The translations under genes were made by a program, and so were the position numbers. 64,000 bases of DNA from the NCBI GenBank assembly GCA_963693365.1, contig CAVNZM010000001.1:10752161-10816160 (forward strand). The letters run 5' to 3'. Positions 37,665-64,000 of the stretch are shown piece by piece. This DNA comes from Amoebidium appalachense (lineage: Eukaryota; Protista; Ichthyosporea). The notes below the pieces were generated by a model. It ran no database searches. It was not told the DNA's origin and saw nothing but the letters and a program-made list of their open reading frames with translations. Numbering within the stretch: position 1 is the first letter of the stretch; every line of letters starts with the position of its first letter.

Positions 37665-38162
37665 TCCGCCTCCGGCCCGCCCGCCAAGAAACGACGCCTA
37701 CCCAACCCAAACATCCGCCTTTGCCCGCACGGACACCTCAAATCCTACTGCCCCCCATGTGGTGGTACGCCAAAGTGCCCGCACGGGGAAAACAAAGTTT
37801 ATTGCACAATCTGCTACAAAGATAGAATCATGTGTCCGCACGGGAAGAAAAAACGACATTGCAAGGAATGTTATCCGTCGAGTCAGTGTGTGCACAACCG
37901 GAGAAGATATTTCTGTGCGGACTGCGGGGGGAAGGGCGTGTGCGTGCACCGAAGACGGAAGATGACGTGTAAGATATGCAAGGGAGGGTCGATTTGCCAA
38001 CACAACAAATATAGGACTTTGTGTTGGGAATGTGGGGGTGGGAGTGTGTGCGAGCATAGAAATAAGAAGAGTAAGTGTCGGTTCTGTCGCCAAAAAAGGA
38101 AAGCGGAGGCGGCAGAGAGGGAGAGGGCGGCGAGAGAGGCGGCACAAGTGGAGATTGCATGA
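32445..38162 (+). CDS. Uncharacterised protein with acidic EG-repeat and Pro-rich regions, NLS-like motif and seven C-terminal CxH-x6-CxxC repeats (5 exons)
   Basis: Phase-compatible GT-AG exons 32445-32648, 34175-34315, 35243-35676, 36644-36783, 37663-38162. The last exon reads [13 protein letters not shown]...[91 protein letters not shown]. The last exon is solid; linkage of upstream exons is inferred from splice phase only. Confidence 0.7.
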
Positions 38163-38515
38163 GTTTTTGTAGGTGGCTAGTACATAAGTTGATTTGTGGT
38201 TAGTTTTATTGGCTAATATTCTGTAGTTGTAGTTGGATTTGTTCGTGTGTTCTTCTTTACCACGTGGGTGGGAGGGAAAGAGAGGTAGGTGTGTGGGTGA
38301 TGGTGAGGGTGGGGGCTGTCCGCCGCGGGGGGGGGGGGGGGGGGGGGGAGGAGCTAGGAGGGGGGGGGGGGGGGGGGTGGCTGCCAAGTTTTTTTTTGGG
38401 GGGGTTCTGCTTCGGTTCTTTGTGTGAATGTTTTATTGTGCATATGTTAATGTATTATGAATAAGTCGACACAAATGGATGCTCACATACACACATACAC
38501 ACACACACACACCCC

Positions 38516-38564
<49 letters not shown>

Positions 38565-39556
38565 ACATACACACACACAAACACACACATGCCATTTGAA
38601 AGTCGAGGGCCATGCCAATGTATATAGTATCCAATCAGTCTTCAGTACGGGAACTGCTCAACCAATAGGAATATGTATACCCGAGGATGTGTCTCGAGTG
38701 TTTCGATTGTGTCGAATCGACTTCATTGTCATTGATATAAACAAGTGTAAAGTGCTTCCTATCTTTTATAAATGGTAGATTGAATTCCAGGAGAAAACTT
38801 GAAGGTAGAACAACAGCACAGGTGTGCAACATGCGTGTGTGTGCATACACGTGCGGGTGTGCTGCTGGTGTGTGTAGGTGAAAGGCGGTGTTGAATAGCG
38901 GTTGATTGATTGCACTATGTTTCAGAGAAGAACGATGTGGAAGTGAAGGCGTACAGTATTAATTTAAAAACTGCTTAGTGCAAGTTTGTACATGTGATCC
39001 ACAGGACTCGTGTGCAGACCAAGACCTCCTACAATATACAGGCCTTGGTGCAGAAAGGCATGATCAGATGAGCGGCTCGGGGCGGACCCAAAAGTGGGCG
39101 GCCCTAAAATCACTGCATAATTCTGGCGCCGCATTCCAATAAACACCATTTCCTGATTTTTTACCTGTACAATCATTGGTTTACTATGAGAAGAACAGCC
39201 CCAAAATGGTAAAAACTATTGCAGGCATGATGTGATTAGCTCAAAGTCATTGTTTACATTGTTCATTTGGTTACGTAATAATTCGATACATTCATCTGTA
39301 TGTTTATTAGCCAAATATAGCTAGTTTAGTAGTTCTATGATTGGTTGAAAGAACGCATTTTCGGGAACAGGAATTCGGTCCTTGGAAACCGCGAAATTCT
39401 TCCCGAGTTTCACCGTTGTGAACACACACACACACACACGTACGGACGCATCGAAGTCTCCACAAGTATACGCGCATTCATACACTTGTGCCTTTTACGG
39501 GTGGGGGGGTTACTGGTTTAATTATAAACGCCCTTGTGCATGTGCGAACACGCAGA

Positions 39557-59292
<19,736 letters not shown>

Positions 59293-59718
59293 GAATTGGG
59301 CGTTAGCTTCACCTCCTTTAAGATGATTGGTGGGCAGTGGGTGTATAGTGCGCTCTAGACGAGTGTACATGTGCGTCAAAGTGTAAACTGGATCATATAA
59401 ATGCGCTCTAGAAGAGCCAGAAAACGAGAGCTGAATAACTCAAGAGCTATCTTGGTAGTACTGTCAAAAAAAAAAAAAAAAAAAAAAAAAGTAAGAAAGA
59501 TCTTGGACGTCCACAAAAGTAAATAATCAAGTATCGGCTTTCACAACCAAATGATTTCTGTCCAATAAAACAAAACACCGGCCAGTACCTGAGAAGAGCC
59601 CAGATGGCAAAAGCACCCTCCCTTGCATGCTATCATGTGAGTACATGTGTGCAACAATGCTTGTGTGTGTGTTGGTGGAGGGGTCACGCGGGGGGGGGGG
59701 GGGGGGGGGGAGTGTCAG

Positions 59719-59856
59719 GGGTTGTTCCTTTTAATAATGGGTCGTTCGGCCAATAGCCTAGGGTTGTTCCTTTTAATAATGGGTCGTTCGGCCAATAGCC
59801 TAGGGTTGTTCCTTTTAATAATGGGTCGTTCGGCCAATAGCCTAGGGTTGTTCCTT
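59719..59856. repeat. 42-bp tandem repeat, 3.3 copies
   Basis: gggttgttccttttaataatgggtcgttcggccaatagccta x3, perfect, plus a partial unit. Confidence 0.95.
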
Positions 59857-59920
59857 CCCAGCCGTCGGACTGTAAGGCTTCAACTTAAGAATGTGTGACA
59901 CTGTACATGTGTGTGTGTGT

Positions 59921-59954
<34 letters not shown>

Positions 59955-60394
59955 ATGTGGCCAGTCACGATCATAGTAAAATTCCCCTCGGGCAACCGAA
60001 ATTTCGTCCCCTCTCCCCCCCCCCCCCCCCCCCCGAGTGGTTCCCCTTGTCCTTTCCCCTTCTATGGTTACCCCCTCTGGACCCCCTCTCCCAATCCCCT
60101 TAGCGCGAAGTTCCACAATCCGAATCAACCCCCCCACCCCTCCCCTGCCCACGCGCTTGCGAACATGGCGAGCGCACACACACGCACACCCAGGTGACAC
60201 ACACATACATGCACGCACGCAAGCACACACACACACACGTGTACACACACCGTACCGGGACACACACAAACCTGATCGCTCAGTTTGCGCAAGCACTAAC
60301 CTAAATAACTACTCTTAGATCTCCGAAGGAGCAACCCCCAGGGGGGCAAACAAACCAAGTCTTCGGGTTGTTCCTTCCCAGTCGTCACTCAGGT

Positions 60395-60440
<46 letters not shown>

Positions 60441-60541
60441 AGCCCTCCTGGCTTGCCTGGGGCCCCTACACGGTGACACACATTCACAAGTTGAAGCCTT
60501 ACTCCCCTGGCAAGCGAGGGGGCTCTGTTCCCCTTCCTCTA

Positions 60542-60577
<36 letters not shown>

Positions 60578-60881
60578 GGCCTCTCCTCCACTTCCCTCGA
60601 TCACAAGGACCTAGCTGGATCTGTCCACCTAGAGGCTCGTGTTGGTGCTGCCTAATCTGTTAGTGCCAGACACATTTATGATAGCCATCGATCGTGAAAG
60701 ATATGTTATCATAACTCCCGTCCAATGATATTCGGCTCTGAACCAACCTTTCATTCTCGTTACTGTAACTGACTAAGAATAGTACAACAACTTGCAAGTT
60801 GCGTGAAGTTGCGTGCCTGCAAAGTAACTGTTGTTTGTGCACATGTGGCTTTGTTTATTTAAAGGTGCGACTGTAAGTCCA

Positions 60882-60939
<58 letters not shown>

Positions 60940-61214
60940 AACCACAGAGTGTGCCCGACTGTATGTGTCGCTATGACGGTGGCATTGTATGGGCACCTGT
61001 GTGTGTACATGTGTAGTCCTACTGCAGATCCAATGTGTTTATGTGTGAGGATACAATGACACGATATTAGATGACATTAGTTTGCCCCCGGTGACTCCAG
61101 ATCCCAACTTAAGAAATTGTGCCCACGAATTACTGGCCCAGTAAATGCCGACGTGTACACGTAAACAGGTGGAACTTCGTGTGTGTGTTACTGTGTGTAT
61201 TTGTGTGTGTGTGT

Positions 61215-61258
<44 letters not shown>

Positions 61259-62356
61259 AACTACTAAGTATGAGTGCACAAAAGCGCACACCACTGTTAC
61301 GCTTAGCAACTAATTACTTTTCATGTGGGTGGATGGAGTGGTGTGGTCTTGCGGGAAGCAAATTTTTTGTTTTTCACCTGGTGGTCTCATGATCAGGTTG
61401 CAGTTTATTAGGGTTGAAGCACCGGGAAGAAAAAACACGTTTCTTGGAGAATAGAGCCTTCCGAACGGTAGTTAACATAGTATTATACATGATATACACA
61501 AGCATAGAAAACAGCACCACTAATTTACAATCGTGTTGGGAATTTTGATACCCACACGGTAATGATCTTAAATTAGTAATACGTATACATAACTTGATTT
61601 CAGTGACCAAGCTAAGGCAAGCTTACGTGTTCATACACACACATTGGAGGGCACGTGAATAATGCAGTACTGTGTGCTAGGGTGCGTATGGGGTGAGAGA
61701 ATGTGATGTTTATTAACGAAACGTATGTGAGCTGTGATGCAGTGTCGGCACCAAACAGTACTTCCATCCAATAAGATACACATGTAGAAAACGTCGTTAC
61801 TATATACACATCATACATCATATATGCGTGGAGATATAATGTCTTTCTTCTCTTTTTTTCTTTTCTTTTTTATTTTTTTGGATGCACACGACTACTCCTA
61901 ACGTGATTTGATACTAATATTCCAACCATAGTAAACACCATTCTTCATTGTGGACCACATCCTGCTCTCATTGCCAACAACCACTCTCCCAACTATTCCT
62001 CCCCTTACCCCCCCCCCCCCCCCCCCCCCCCCCCCCATAATTAATATACATATACATGTGTGTGTGTATTTTAAAATAAATTAAAACCCACACCAACCCA
62101 AGGAAAGAAAACATCCAACAAAACAAATGCGGTTCGTACATTCTTGCAATAGCACAGCTGCCATGAAGTAGAAGGAAGGATAAATCATTATAATGAAGAA
62201 GCAAGTGCGAAACGTGTCGTTTTGCAGAGTCATGCATGCTACGCACGAGATTTTGGGTGAAGGAAAAACACGGGTGTGTGGGAAGGGGGGATGAAGAACG
62301 GTATAGGTTAATGTGAAAAGTGGCAGTGATGGTGCGTGTGCCTGTCTTCGGGCGCG

Positions 62357-62389
<33 letters not shown>

Positions 62390-62726
62390 GGTTGATGAGG
62401 AGGGGAAGAGGACGGGGGGGAGGGAGAAGGGGTTCGTCGAAAGACATTCTACAGGGTAAGGGTGGAAGAGAACAGCGTGACTCCCCCCCCCCCCAAACAC
62501 ACACACCCACTTCCTATTACAATAGACCCCCCCCACCCCCACACACTCTTTCACCGAATATCCCAACCCAGCCCCACTTAACCAAACAAGACACCCATTC
62601 TGCCACCTCCTCTTGCATTCCCTTTCCTCCCATACCTACATGGTGGTGTAGAAACACACATACTATTTCACACATTAGCTTCCAAACCAACATTCATGCC
62701 TCCCCACCAGATTGCATCACCCCAGG

Positions 62727-62779
<53 letters not shown>

Positions 62780-62782
62780 AGT

Positions 62783-62817
<35 letters not shown>

Positions 62818-63040
62818 GTACATGGTAAACGTTGGGTGACCCAACAGCCCCTGCATACGAAAATGGCATAGGCAAGGGGGACCCCGGGGGAAGGGAGGGG
62901 GGGGAGGGGGGGGGTTACACACAATGAAACATCGGAGAACTAAGACATAATCAAAACAACAGTGGGGAGAGGAGAGGGAAGAGGGTGGGGAGGGGGAGGG
63001 ATGGACGAACAGTATGCAGATAAGCAAACCTGTGGGCCGG

Positions 63041-63075
<35 letters not shown>

Positions 63076-63178
63076 CTCTCTCCCCCCTTTATGCCGGAAA
63101 AGGCTAGCGATCCACACCAAATGCCAAGTACGTAAAACAGAGAACCAACAAGCTTAAGGGCTGGGGCTGCCGGGGGGG

Positions 63179-63826
63179 TTTGAATGCGTCAAAAAGTACG
63201 AAGTACACAAGAACAAACGGATAACACGATGCAGAATGCAAGCCATACATAAAGAGTATGCATAATAAGCAGAGCCCATCCTCAGGGGGGGCCCACGTCA
63301 TCCACAGTACCCGAGTTTCGACCTATTCACCTCGTTAACGGAACCCAACTCAGATACTGTTTCACTTGAACATGGGTAGGTCACCCGTCTTGATCAGAGA
63401 CGAGCAGGGTTGCTTATGCAGACAAGGGCAGTGGGAAAGGCCGGGGGTTAAAGTTGCAGCAGCACGCAGAAGCAAGAAAAATATAGATAGGAACTCAGAA
63501 GACGGGGCTTCTAGGAAGCTCCCCCGTCGCTACCTAAGTCGATACTTCCCTGGCCAACATACTGGCTAACATACTACACCAGCTGAAAAGAATTAAGTCC
63601 CGAAGGCCGCAGATTTCGCAATCAGAGGGGATTTGACCCACGCCGCAGGGTAGTAACACTCTTACTAGGGCGGAACTTTGACGTCTTCGAACGGAAAGCT
63701 ATGCCCCCGGATGTCAGCCGGAAATGTGGTATCACCCATTGCTTGAAGAAAGCCAAATCGATAGTCCGAGTTATGTTACGCCGGCGGGTAACATGCCGCA
63801 TGGGTTCCAAGGGAGCTGTCGCCAAC
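63179..63826 (-). mobile_element. Subfamily B, apparently full-length copy on the minus strand
   Basis: Reverse complement of 22641-23294 with the same start (gttggcgacagc). Its 3' end abuts G7 (63172-63178), which is C7 on the element strand. Confidence 0.92.
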
Positions 63827-64000
63827 AGAGCGGTGTGTGCATGCGTGCGCGTAACGCAATGGGTGAAGTGTGTCTTTAGCTATGAGAGGGGGTATGCAGA
63901 AGTGGACAGATGAAGTGTGTGGAGAGAAAAACAGCAGGAAGAAAAGTAGACACCGGTGTGTGCAACCCCGCACAACATACATACACACACACACACACAC

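Noticed and set aside
60660-61620. Possible exons of another gene after GANAB
   Set aside because: Short open frames exist on both strands, but I found no recognisable motif or consistent splice chain.

Overview
Intron-rich eukaryotic DNA, probably from a unicellular relative of animals such as an ichthyosporean (inference from SH2+RGS, cbEGF/VWD and GDP-type SUCLG2 content). Introns and intergenic DNA are full of poly-C/poly-G tracts and (CA)n/(GT)n repeats, so nearly all ORFs in the six-frame track are low-complexity noise. Five spliced + strand genes can be built by hand: the 3' part of a secreted VWD/EGF/SdrD-B-like mucin-type protein (to 9673), GDP-forming succinyl-CoA ligase beta (15702-26983), an SH2-RGS fusion (28504-30005), a probably nuclear protein with seven CxH-x6-CxxC repeats (32445-38162), and glucosidase II alpha (39557-59292, 27 exons). 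The most unusual signal is a non-coding dispersed element system: two subfamilies, at least 9 clear copies. Copies are 5'-truncated, all end at CGCATT(C)AA(A) plus a C-run, and mostly sit inside poly-C tracts. Two loci show head-to-tail terminal redundancy with an identical junction. Both subfamilies share a ~150-nt core whose predicted stems and pseudoknot covary. This looks like a poly(C)-tailed, structured-RNA retroposon, possibly retrozyme-like. Two unrelated TIR MITEs are also present, one also inside poly-C. All exon boundaries and pairings were read by eye.
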